DNA of 64,000 bases from the human T2T-CHM13v2.0 reference genome, Homo sapiens. The notes below the pieces were generated by a model. That model searched no databases and was not told the origin of the DNA. It saw nothing but the letters and a program-made list of their open reading frames with translations. The translations under genes were made by a program, and so were the position numbers. Below are positions 13,170 through 24,871 of this stretch, one piece after another. Numbering within the stretch: position 1 is the first letter of the stretch; every line of letters starts with the position of its first letter. Location of the stretch: the NCBI RefSeq assembly GCF_009914755.1, contig NC_060936.1; one strand, given 5' to 3'.

Positions 13170-13330
13170 CAATGAAAGAATTCAGGTCCTGGAGCTGGGA
13201 AGGCAGGAGGCTGGGTTGGACTCCCAGCCACCTACAGCTGCATGGGTGTGGGCAGTTACTTTACCTCTCTGGGTCTAGTTTTCTCTTCTATCAAATTCAG
13301 ATGCTAATAGGCCTGCTCATGTGGAGCTTC
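13170..13330 (+). mobile_element. MIR SINE
   Basis: 'tgggcagttactttacctctctgggtctagttttctcttctatcaaat' MIR core. Confidence 0.7.
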
Positions 13331-13418
13331 CCATCCAGTGGGAGTCAGTAGCTGATGCTAAAGGGGTGCAGGGTCTCACACTGAGGAGAGGGTCAGCACA
13401 GAGCAGGGCCCACTCTAG

Positions 13419-13916
13419 TGAGAATGGCACCAATACCCTTCAATCAAAGACATGCAGGGACAAACTTGTAGCTTAGCAAAGTTGGGTTAATTGCCTTGTG
13501 GCAACAAGACAGGGTGAGCACCATGGGAACCATTAGGTGACTCAAGAAGACTGTATTAGAAACAGGTCATTCTAGGATTTGGGCTTTCTTCTTTCAGATG
13601 ATTTTTGGGTAGGTTCCGTGAAGTGAGGCTTTGAATAAAATGCTTTCTGAAAGCAAGGTTAATTCTGCAACTGGACATATTCATATGTCTATCTAAAAGG
13701 CAGAAATACCAGATCAAAGGTAAGCCTATAATTAAGAAAAAACTGTATTCACTCATATCATTCAGGAAAATAAAGGGATGTTTGGTTGTTTTTGTAGGTT
13801 CTTTACTATCCTTATATTTTTGAGAATTCAGACATGATTTTAAAGTGGTCTAGTTATCATCTTAGTCTATCGGAATCACAGAGTGGCTCTGCTTGATATT
13901 AGTTTACTGGGAAATT
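13419..13916. mobile_element. Old ERV-L class LTR (MER54/MER74/LTR53-like), cut by an L1 insertion
   Basis: 'agcaaagttgggttaattgc', 'caccatgggaaccat' and 'taggatttgggct' resemble this LTR group; exact family uncertain. Confidence 0.55.
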
Positions 13917-16900
13917 ATTTTTTAGTGTTTTATAGACATAATATGTGTTCATATTTATGGGGTACATGTGATATTTTGTTAAATGTAATGATCAAGTCAG
14001 GATATCTGGGGTCTCCATCATTTCAAATATTTATTGTTTCTATGTGTTGGGAACATTTCAAGTTTTCTTTTCTAGCTATTTTAAAATATGCAATATAGTG
14101 TTGTTAAATATTGTCACCTTATTCTGCTATCAAACATTAGAACTTATTCCTTCTAACTGCATGTTTATGTCCCCCCAAAAACCCTTCCCAGCCTCTGGTT
14201 ACCAGCATTCTACTCTCCACCTCCATAAAATCAACTTTTCTTTGCTCCAACGTATGAGTGAGAACATGCAATATTTGTCTTTCTGTCCCCAACTTATTTT
14301 ACTTAATTTCCTCTAGTTCCATCCATGTTGTTGCAAATAGCAGGATTTCATCCTTTTCAGAGGTTGAATAATACTCCATTGTGTAATGTACCACATTTTC
14401 TTTATTTATTCATCCACTGATAGACACTTAGGTTGATTCCAAATCTTAGAATAGTGTAAATACTGTGAATAGTGCTAAAATAAACATGGAAGTGCAGCTA
14501 TCTCTGGAATATATGAATTTCCTCTCTTTTATAGATATACCCAGGAGTGGGATTCCTGGATCATGTAGTAGTTCTATTATTAGTTTTTTGAGGAACCTTC
14601 ATACTCTTCTCCATAGTGGTTGTATTAATTTCCATTCTCAACAACGCTATATATCCTCACCAGAACTTATTACCTTTTGGATAAAAGCCATTTCAACTGG
14701 AGTGAGATGATATCTCACTACAGCGGTGATTTGCGTTTCTCGATGATAAGTGATGAGGATTTTTTTATACACCTGTTGGCCATTTGTATGTCTTCTTGGA
14801 GAAGTCTCTTCAGATCTTTTGCCCATTTTTAGTTGGATTATTAGAGTTTTTCCTATAGAGTTGTTTGAGCACTTTCTATAATCTGTTTATTAATATCTTG
14901 TCAGATGAGTGGGTCACAAATATTTTTCTCTCATTCTGTGGGTTGTCTCTTCACTTTGTTATTGTCTTTTTTTGTTTTGTTTTTTTGTTTGTTTGTTTGT
15001 TTTGCTGTGCAGAAGGTTTTTAGCTTAATTTAATTCCATTTGTTCATTTTTGCTTTAGTTGCCTGTGTGTGGGGGCTATTATTCAAGAAATCCTTGCCAA
15101 GACCAATGTCCTAGAGAGTTTCCCAATATTTTCTTGTAGTAGTTTCATAGATCCAGGTCTTAGATTTAATTCTTTTACTCCATTTTAAATTTATTTTTGT
15201 ATATGGCCAGAGATAGGGGTCTAGTTTCATTCTTCTGCATATGGATGTCCAGTTTTCCCAGCACTATTTATCAAAGAGACTGTCCTTTTCCCAAAGTATG
15301 TTCTTAGCACCTTTGTCAAAAATAAGTTCACTGTAAATGTGTGTATTTATTTCTGGGATCTCTATTATTCTGTTCTATTAGTCTATGTATCTGTTTTTAT
15401 GGAAGTACCATGCTGTTTTAGTTACTATAGCTTTATAGTATAGATAGATAGATACATAATTTATTTTTTATTTTTATTTTTTTGAGACAGAGTTTGTCTC
15501 TGTCACCTAGACTGGAGTGCAGTGGCATGATCTCAACTCACTGCAACATCCGCCTCCTGGATTACAGTGATTCTTGTGCTTCAGCCTCCCCAGTAGCTGG
15601 GATTACAGGCATGCTCCACTACACCTGGCTAATTTTTGTGTTTTTTGTAGAGATGGGGTTTTGCCATGTTGCTCAGGCTGGTATTGAACTGCTGGGCTCA
15701 AGCTATCCCACCCACCTTGGCCTCCCAAAGTGCTGGGATTATAGGCACAAGACACCGTACCTGGCCAGCTTTGTGGTACAATTTGAAGTGAAGAAATGTG
15801 ATGCCTTCTCCTTTATTCTTTTTGCTCATGTGTGCTTTGGTTATTCTGGGTATTTTGTAGATCCATTAAAATTTTAAGATTTTAAATAAAAAATTTCTTT
15901 AAAATTTTGGTATTTTGATAGAGATTGCATTGAATCTGTAGATTGTTTTGGGTAGTATAGATATTTTAACAATATTACTTTTTTCAATCCATGAACATGA
16001 AATATTTTTTGTTTTTTTATGTCTTCTTCAATTACTTTCATCAATGTTGTATAGTTTTCATTGTAGAGATTGTTTAGTTCTCCAGTCACATTTATTGCTA
16101 AATATTTTTTATATTTGTAGCTATTGTAAATGGGATTCCTTTCTTGATTTCTTTTTCAGATTGTTCACTTTGGCCTATAGAAATGCTACTGATTTGTTGT
16201 ATGTTGATTTTATATTCTAATTCTTTACTGAGTTGGTTTATCAGTACTAACAGTTTTTTTGGTGGAGTCTTTAGATTTTTTAAAATATAAGATTGTATCA
16301 TCTGCAAACATAGACAGTTTGACTTCTTCCTTCCCAAATTGGATGCCCTTTATTTCTTTCTCTTGTTTAGTTGCTCTGGTTAGGACTCCTAGGACTATGT
16401 TGAAAACAAGTGGTGAAAGTGGGCATCCTTGTCATGTTCCATATCTTAGTGAAAGAGCTGTCAGTTTTTCCCTGTTTATTATGATACTAGCGGTGGTTTT
16501 GTTGTATACGACTTTTATAATATTGAGGTATGTTCCCTTTATTCCCAGTGTTGTGAGAGTTTTTATCATGAAGAGATGGTATATTTTATCAAATGCTTTT
16601 TCTGCATTTATTGAAATGAACTTGTGTTTTTTGTCTGTTACTGTTATGATGTATCACATTTATTGATTTTCATATGTTAAAACATTCTTGCATGAATCCC
16701 ATTTAATCATGATGAATGACCTCTTTAATATGTTATTAAATTAAGTTTGTTAGTATTTCTTTGAGGATTTTTGCATCTGTGTTCATTACGGATTTTGGCC
16801 TGTAATTTTCTTTTGGTGTCTTTGTATGGTTTTGGTATCAGGGTAATACTGGCCTCATAGAATTTGTTTGAAAGTATTCACTACTCTTTGATTTTTTTTT

Positions 16901-17455
16901 GGAATAATTTAAGTAGGATTGACATCCATTCCTCTTTAAATGTTTGGTAGAATTCAGCAGGTGCTGTTTGATGGGAGACTTTTTACTACTGCTTCTATCT
17001 TGTTATTGGTCTATTCAGGTTTTGGATTTCTTCATGGTTCTTTCTTGGTAGGTTGCATGTGTCTAGGACTTTATCCATTTCTTCTATATTTTCCAGTTTG
17101 TTGGTGTATAGTTGCTAATAATAGGTTCTAATGAACCTTTGGATTTATGTGGTGTTAGTTATAATGTTCTCTTTTTCATCCTAATTTTATTTATTTGGGT
17201 ATTCTCTCCTTTTTCCTTAGTCTGGCTGAAGGTTTGTCAATTTTGTTTATCTTTTCAAAAAGCCGACTTTTTGTTTCATTGATCTTTTGTATTTTTTTAG
17301 TCTCAAATCCATTTGTCTCATCCCTGATCTTTATTTTTTGTTTCTCCAACTAATTTTGGGTTTGGTTTGCCCTTGTTTTTCTAATTCTTTGAGATGCATC
17401 ATTCTGTTGTTTATTTGAAGTTTTTCTACTTTTTTGAGGAAGGCACTTATTGTCT
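13917..17455 (-). mobile_element. L1MA-type LINE-1, 5'-truncated (~3.2 kb plus a nested Alu): 3' UTR and decayed ORF2
   Basis: 3' UTR 'catatttatggggtacatgtgatatttt...ctgctatcaaacattagaacttattcc'. Minus-strand ORF2 remnants include [16 protein letters not shown] (15874-16089) and [23 protein letters not shown] (16098-16337), with many stops and frameshifts. Confidence 0.95.
15460..15766 (-). mobile_element. AluJ nested in L1
   Basis: 'gaactgctgggctcaagc' J-type; degenerate TSD agctttatagtata (15429) / agctttgtggtaca (15767). Confidence 0.95.
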
Positions 17456-17659
17456 TTCATTCTTTTCCTTTTGCCTGAGGAAAATCTGGGGGCCAATCTT
17501 GCTGTCAGCTGAGACTTCCCTGGGTATCCAACTTCAAGTCTAGATTATGTGCTTACATAATTATAATGACCAGAAGATCTACATTGTGTTCAGCAGCAGC
17601 AACATGTAGGCACTCTCCTAAGTGCTTTGCATGAGTTAAATTATATAATACAGCAACCC

Positions 17660-17790
17660 TCTTTCCCTGTCTCTGTCTCTCCCTCTCTCTCTACACACAC
17701 ACACACACACACATACACACACATGCATATATATAGGCTTGTAAATATATGTCTGTATATGTGTGTATATGCATATCACACATATATGTT

Positions 17791-17841
<51 letters not shown>

Positions 17842-17842
17842 T
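17660..17842. repeat. (CT)n(CA)n(TA)n compound microsatellite inside a MIR
   Basis: Seen directly; MIR-like flanks 'taagtgctttgcatg' and 'cccatttttctgataaag'. Confidence 0.9.
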
Positions 17843-17912
17843 CCCATTTTTCTGATAAAGCAACGAAAGCAAGAGAGGCAGGCCAGTGTCACGCAAGTGG
17901 TTAATGACAGTT

Positions 17913-17988
17913 GACCTTTGTCATTTGGACCTTTGTCATTAGAACTTTGTCAACAGACCTTTGTCAACAGACCTTTGTCATTTGGACC
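17913..17988 (+). repeat. Minisatellite, ~5 copies of a 14-15-bp GACCTTTGTCA-core unit
   Basis: gacctttgtcatttg / gacctttgtcattag / aactttgtcaaca / gacctttgtcaaca / gacctttgtcatttg / gacc. Confidence 0.9.
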
Positions 17989-19257
17989 AGACCACCATCC
18001 TCTAGTTCCCACTCTCTCCACCATGTCTCACTGCCTTTCATCTTTTGATTACTTACCTATGCCAGTTAGTTTCCTAACCAGCTTTTTAGGTGATCCCCAT
18101 GAGCACCCTGTGAGGTTGGTGCTACCATTACCCATCATACAGATGAAGGAACTGAGAGGCTCAGAGACTAGTATCCTGACCATCCATGTGAAATGCAGAT
18201 CCTCCTTCAGGAAATCTCGAGCTCAAGAAAAGGTGTTCTTCCTAATTTAATTCTATGTTCTTGACAATAAAAGCTAAACAGGAATGAGTGCAGCTCAAAG
18301 GCAGACCTGAGATAAAACAACAGAAAAAAAGCACCACTGGTTCACTTATTTTATGTCCTTCTCAAAGAGCAAAAGAGGTTTCTTCCTCTTTCCTTCCTAA
18401 GTACCTTCCCATTTAGGCTGCAATTTCTCTGTGCATCCCTTGTTTTCTCTGAGAAAGAGGGACACACTCAAGCATAACAAAGTGTCCCAGAATGTAATAT
18501 TGAATTGGCCATAATTGGACACTTACTCTCTATTTACTCTCTATGAGTCACAAGGCCAGAACAATTCCCTTTGTCCTTTGGAAAACCTCCTTGTTTGGTG
18601 GAGATGCTCTTCACACTGAACAGCTGTTCAGGCTTGTCATGGTGCAAAAATAGCAAATGACACACTGAGCCCTACTTGTTACCCATACTGGGTCTGCTGC
18701 TGCTACTGTATTTAGAAGAGGCAGGGACCTTATAAACAACATGAAGGAGTTTTAGAAGCTATCTTTCCTGTAAAGACAAGAAGAGCCCTGCAAACTAGCT
18801 CAATACTAAGCAAAATTTCCTAGTCTCCCCTTTTTACCTTTATTTATCCTAATTTTCTTTTTTTTCCCTTAGTTTCAGAGGGTGAGGGGCCAAAGGAGAA
18901 AGCAGCAATAGAGAGGGAAGGGGTACCCAAGGTAGCTACTCTATGTGGTTGAGGGGTCAGGACAAGAGTGTAGTTTTGAGTCCTGGACTGTGAGACATGT
19001 GTTCACCTAGGTTTGGGGATAGGGTTGAGAGACTTGAGGGTTGGGCCACTCTCAAAGCCCATAAATTTAGTGGAAAATAGGAAATCCTCAAACAGGGACT
19101 TTATTTTAAAAAAAGGGGAGCAAGTGGAGAAAGAGGAGGAGAACAAAAATACAAGAGACAAAATATACTGTACAAATATGTGATAATGTTGCAAAATAAG
19201 GATTTAAACACTGGTCTGTTCATTTATTTATTTATGTATTCTCCATTTGATAAATAT

Positions 19258-19669
19258 TTCTGCCAATTCATGTCCACTGAGAAGCAGATGCCAAGATGAC
19301 ATTATACACATGAAAGGTCTATTAGGAGAAATGCTTGTGAAGGATGAAGAGAAGAGTAGACAGGGACATGCAAGGAGAGCCTTTAGACCATGAGGCAGGT
19401 TTGATGCCAGCAAGTGGAGAGAGGGAAGAAAGACTCACACTCACACTGTTGCAGATCTCTAAGAAATCCAGCGAGGCACATAAGGAGTCCACAGGCAAAA
19501 ATGCCCAGTGGGAGGTGCACGTTGGGCAGAAATGTCCTGGCTCTACTACCCCACTGCAACTTTTGGTTAGTGTTTGGAAATACCTTGTGTGGGAAGATGG
19601 AGATCTATGGTATTTGAAGCAGGTTTTTGTGAAGGGAGATGTGAGCACTGGAATCTAAGGCTGCCAGCA
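19258..19669 (-). mobile_element. LTR40-like ERV-L LTR (3' LTR of the adjacent provirus)
   Basis: 'gagaagcagatgccaagatg...aaatgcttgtgaaggat...ggagagcctttagaccatgaggcaggt'; bordered by tccaccccttc (19670-19680), the ERV-L polypurine tract GAAGGGGTGGA on the minus strand. Confidence 0.75.
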
Positions 19670-21866
19670 TCCACCCCTTCGGCTGCACAGGTCTTCTACA
19701 TGTGATCAGGAAGCAGTTACTCAATGTGCCCCATGGGCCTTATTCACTGAAGGGAAGATTAGAAGAGCGAGTATATGGAACACACTACAGACTTGGTTGC
19801 TGCAGTTGATCTTAGCACCACGTGAGGTTCCTACCATCTCTCTCCTCCAGTATAAATGACAAATTCTTCCACTCTCATGGATTTTCCGTGAAGATCTTGC
19901 TGGCGGACTTGATACTGCGGCCTAACCTTCATCCCTGATGGGTCTGACCTGCTGGTAATCATACTCTTCTCAGTCAGGAGTTGCTATACATGTTCACTCA
20001 CAGTTATAATTAGACAAAGGAATATAAGAAGGTACCAAAGTGGATCACTTGAGGTCCATGCATATTCTTCTCATTCTTCTCTTGCCCCCATTGTGTAAGA
20101 GCATTTTCAGCTCCTTTCAATCAGGGTCAGTTATGCCTGCCATCATGGTGACCCCTTATCTGTTGACATCTTCACAAGGGATCCAAAGTGCCCAGGTGCC
20201 TGCCATAACCTGTAGCTCAAGGGGAACCTTGCTTTTCCCATGGACAGAGTGCATACATTCAGGGACAGGACCCCACGTTCGGGGACAGGACCCCTAGCCG
20301 TGCAGAACTCAGAATGGCAGGAATGAGAGACAAACATTCTCCCAATGGCCCATTGGGAAGATGGTAAATAGAGCCATTGTTTTATTACTCTGATTTTATG
20401 GATCAATTTAGTCTTCCCTTAGCTACACAACACCATATAGAGGTCTCTGATTTAATGCGTATACTACATTCTAAAAAATGGTAATCTATCCTCACAGAGT
20501 ATTACCCCAACCTGGTATTTCAACCACGCCATTAGTAAGTAATTCCAATTCTCTCAAGCTGGCTCCTTCCAGGCAATGCAATGTGTTGTATTGCTGATAG
20601 ATCTTACGTTTATGGGCCCTTTCATGAACCTCCTTGTTATGAAGTGGGTTCCTGTTGGATGCTATGCTGTATGAAATTTCATGCTTGTGGATCAAGCCAC
20701 CTATAAGCACACAGATAATGGTACTGGCTGAGGCTCCCCCAGCAGGAAAGCAAATCTGTCTATGAAATATATATCTAAGGCTGTGATTAATCACTGGGTT
20801 TTCCAGGATGGAAGGGATCCAATTTAATCGGCTTAGAAAAAAGTGGCTGTTCTCCTTGGGACTAGTGTCATAATTGAAACTCAATTTTGATCTCTCTTGC
20901 AAGCAGATTGGGTATTTCGAGATGCAATGAGAATGAACTTTATGAGTTAAAGTCCATGTTATTGGGCCCATCTATACATTCCACCTTTGCCACCATGAAG
21001 GCTACATCAGTGTGTCCACCATGCTAGTTCTGGAGTAGATAATGACAAAGGTTGGCTCATGTGAACTGGCAGGATCATTTTGTCTCCTGGATTGTTGATT
21101 TCTTCTTCAATCATAGATTACTTATAGTGACATAAATGTATGAAACAGCTTCATGGTTTATGCCAACTCCGTTATGCCCATCCATGTGCCTCTTTCCCAG
21201 ATGTTTTTGTCTCAGACTTTCCAGTCTTTTCCTTACAGGATTCTGACCAGCCACCTAGGTCTTTGACCACTGCTCAGGAATCCACAACTATTCTCATCTC
21301 AGGATTCTACTTTCATACAAAGAGGATGGCCAGGTACACTTATTCCAGTTCTAACAATGAAGATTTCCCCTCACCACTGCCTTTCAGCCCCACCACTGAG
21401 TATATGTGTAATGCAGCCCCCATCCATTTTTTAGTTGTACCCACATACCTAGCTGAAAACCAAGATCTGGGAGTGAGCTGATGGAATGATTCTTGTGTAA
21501 CCATGGCAGGTGACATGCATGGCTAGGTTACTTGATCATACAGTGTACTCAGTCCCTCTGGTGTTGTTCTGGCGTAATCTCATATATGGCATTTCCATTT
21601 TATAATGGATTCTGTGGTCCTGCCTGACCCAGGAAAAGAGGGTCTAATAAAACATAGCTCATAACTAACAGTTCCAGATGCATGGTCTTTTGGTGCCCTC
21701 TTGGTCCATCTCTGTTTCATCTCTACTGGAGCAGAGTAATATGCCAGGATTGGACTCACACAAGAAAAGCACATACATTTCTGCTACAGATGATATGGCC
21801 TGGCTGTAGAACTTCATGGCTTTGCTTTAAAACTCCCATTGTGATTTGCCATAAACTCCACAATGC

Positions 21867-21903
<37 letters not shown>

Positions 21904-23100
21904 CACCCCTGACATCTCTAACATCGTAATGACTGTAGTGACTGATAGATCATATGGCCCAAGTGGCAAGGCTGTCTACAATAGAGCTTGCATCTGCTGC
22001 AGAGCTTTTTCCTGACCAAAGCAAGTCAGCTTCTGTGTCTTAAAATATATGGTTCTCAGCAGTATTTTTGTGTGTGGAATGTGCTGCCTCCAGAACCTGG
22101 AGCGTCCCACCAGATATTATGTTTACTTCATTGTTGCAGGGGATGCAAGGTGCAGCAATTTGTCTTTTAATGTGGAGTTCCTGTATACCCTGAATACTGG
22201 ACACCTGAAAACATACTGAAATGGCAAGTCCCAGAATTTCTTATTTTTTTCACGTATGTGTCTTATTAAAGACTTCTGCAAACTAATCACCTGTTGCTTG
22301 CCCTGACCAATAAGCATGATGTCATCAGCATAATGAAACAACATGCTATTTTTCAGGATGTCTAGGTGGTCCATATATCTTTAGAATACATCATGAGTAA
22401 GGATGGGAACATTAGCATAATACTGGAGCAAAGATGTAAAGAAATGCATGCCATTTGTATATGAATTGTGTCTGACTCTCCTGGGATTAAAATATAAATT
22501 GTTGGCCAAATAAGTAGACACATACTATGGACCTGAGGCTTTAATAATTTGTTCTAATAACAATAGCCCATCTGAGATAGCGACTGTGAACAGGGCTACT
22601 GCTTGACGGAAGTTGAGATAGTGTAAAGTCACAGGCCAAGCTTCATCTGCTTTTTGGAGGGGCTAAACTGGTGAAATAAACAAAAATATGATTGTGGCCA
22701 TGATCCCCGCACTGATTGATCTTTAATTGTGGAGTGAATCTCTGCTAGCCCTCTCCTCAGGATGTAATATTGTTTTGGTTTTACAACTTTGACTGGGTGG
22801 GGGTAGTTAAAGTGACTTGTATTTAGCCTTTCCCACTATGACAGTTCTGACCTCACAGGACAAATATCCCATGTGCAGGTAATTCTAACTGTGGAACATG
22901 TCCATCCAAATTAGACACCTAGGGACTGAGGAAGTAACTGCAAATTGGTCCACAGGCCACAATTATTTTTGCTTTCTCAAATATAAAGCCCAGAAATTGC
23001 TGAGCTATTTTCTACAATTCTTCCCCTTCTTCCTGAAGACTGAGGGTGATTCTTTCCTGATCTGAGTGGTTTGAGTTCAAGAGCTGGTGTTTCTCATTCA
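19670..23100 (-). mobile_element. ERV-L (class III endogenous retrovirus) internal region, decayed pro-pol-dUTPase; no gag or 5' LTR recognised
   Basis: Minus-strand translations in ERV-L order: protease-region/RT junction (VRTVIVGKAK, ~22820-22860), RT (LFHYADDIMLIG, YADD at 22321-22332), integrase (FPAGGASASTII...LIHKHEISYSIAS, 20492-20971), dUTPase (PGHFG; GVTMMAGITDPD*, 20117-20200). Right boundary approximate. Confidence 0.9.
20040..22930 (-). pseudogene. Disrupted retroviral pol (RT-RNaseH-IN) and dUTPase reading frames
   Basis: Only short ORF fragments survive (22123-22374 RT; 20492-20971 IN; 20143-20406 dUTPase N-terminal part); multiple stops, frameshifts and a (TG)n insertion at ~21870-21900. 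Confidence 0.85.
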
Positions 23101-23789
23101 GCATTTGGGATCAGGTGATAGAAAAATTTTCATAGGAGCCAATAGCCAAGAAATATTGGAGGATATATTCTTATTATTTATCCAAGGAAAAATAGTGAGC
23201 ACAAAGTGAAATTCAATTACCCTCCATGCCTAGTGAAATCTAGTTCAGCCTCTGCCTGCAGTTAATCATATCACAAGTGCTTGTCTTTATTTGGAATATA
23301 AAGTAGGACACAGTTCCCACTTTCTCAATTATTTCTCATTAAAGGTGGAAGAATCTTTGGAATTTCTTTCTTCTGAACAATTTTTTCTTAGAGGAAAGAG
23401 GAAATACCACACAACTCTGCCCAGGTTTCAGACCCCATTTGGGGATTCTCCTGAGAACAAAAGCGCGTCATCTTGAGTTCACTCAACCACTCTGAGTCGA
23501 TTATTCTCAACCTGCTCAGGAATGTTTAAATGCCCTCTTCCCACCAGCATTATTTCAGTCTAGGCTTATGAACATTCTGTCTTTGGTTATGCACTCTATT
23601 ATAGCTGCTGCATATTAAGCACCAAACACATTACAGGACATTTGGATTTTAAATTTTCATTGAGCCAGACCCCCCTCTTCATTTGTGAATTTAAGAGTCA
23701 AACATTCATTGAGTTCCTACCTTTTGCAGCTCAGCAATCTCTCCAATGTAAAGCCCTGAGCCTCCCTTTACTAAATAGCTGAACCCCTG

Positions 23790-24015
23790 ATGATATGTTA
23801 GGCACTGTCCTAGGTGCTGAATATCCAGTGGAGAACTATACCAAACCTAGACCATCCAGTCATGGTGGTTACATCCTACCAGAGAAGAAACACGTTAACC
23901 AAACAAGCACAAACCTATTAAATTACACACTGAAACATGCACCATAGATAAAATGCACAGGGAACTACAAGAGGACAGGCAGGGGTCCTGACCTCTCTAG
24001 GACTGCAGTGAGGAC
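23790..24015 (-). mobile_element. L2 fragment
   Basis: 'atgttaggcactgtcctaggtgctgaatatccagtgg' L2 3' region. Confidence 0.6.
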
Positions 24016-24871
24016 AGAATGTACGAGTACCTTTTGAGCAATAAGCTCTATATAAGTATCAGCCAATTGCATTCTCACACAGCTATTAAGAGGCAGGTCC
24101 TGGACTTGACACAGGTTCTCTGGCTTAATCCCCAGACTCTCATCCACCACCCTAAACTCTTTCTGTCTCCTAACCTTTGGATGTACCAGCTCTGTCTCCT
24201 GAGGTGGCTATTCTATCAGGGCTAAAGCAGTGGCACTGGAACTTTTGGGGAAAATTTTCTTCAATACAAGCATGCAAACGGGAAAGAACTGATGGTCCTC
24301 TGCTGAAAGGGAGACTGAAATACAAGCCTTCCCACTTAATTTTCAAATTTCCAGCAGTATTGTTGCAGTAATTTGGAGTCATTCTGTAGCAGAGATATTT
24401 TAATTTTTTCCTTTCCAATGACTCTTTACATTTCTATGGCCATACTGTCCTTGATAACATAAAAAAAATTTAAATTATGGCATTTGTTCAATGTTGAGTT
24501 CTTGTTTTGTTTTGTTCCTTTTAAATTTATCTTTCTTGTAAGTCAAAGAATCATTGAATTCATTTCTATTACCATGTTTGCTGTTTGAATGAAGTTATTT
24601 AATTGGTACCAAAAGAAATGTGGGTGTGTTGCTATCCACTTATGAAAGAACTTCACAAATGAACTTCCCCAATCTGTATCAGGCAGAAGCTACACCAGAA
24701 ATGCAGCTCTGCTTGTTAAGAAGAATAATCTTACCAGATTCTCATTATTAGTGCTCAGCTCTGGGTCCTACCAATTAAACATTTCTAAAGTTGTGGGATA
24801 AGAAGGATTGGCCCCAGTGTCCCCTGCTCTTTGAAAATACAGTGGATCTGAGTGGGGCTGGGTGGGAGGCT

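Noticed and set aside
15482-15877. ORFs with 'LECSG...[12 protein letters not shown]' (also 28414, 46767, 49594, 54996, 62716)
   Set aside because: Antisense Alu translations, a well-known artefact.
17913-17988. CRISPR-like array
   Set aside because: Units are contiguous with no unique spacers, there are no cas genes, and the DNA is primate.
22321-22332. YADD motif as a sign of a retron, group II intron or LINE-type RT system
   Set aside because: Flanking residues (LFHYADDIMLIG) and neighbouring integrase and dUTPase remnants identify it as decayed ERV-L pol.
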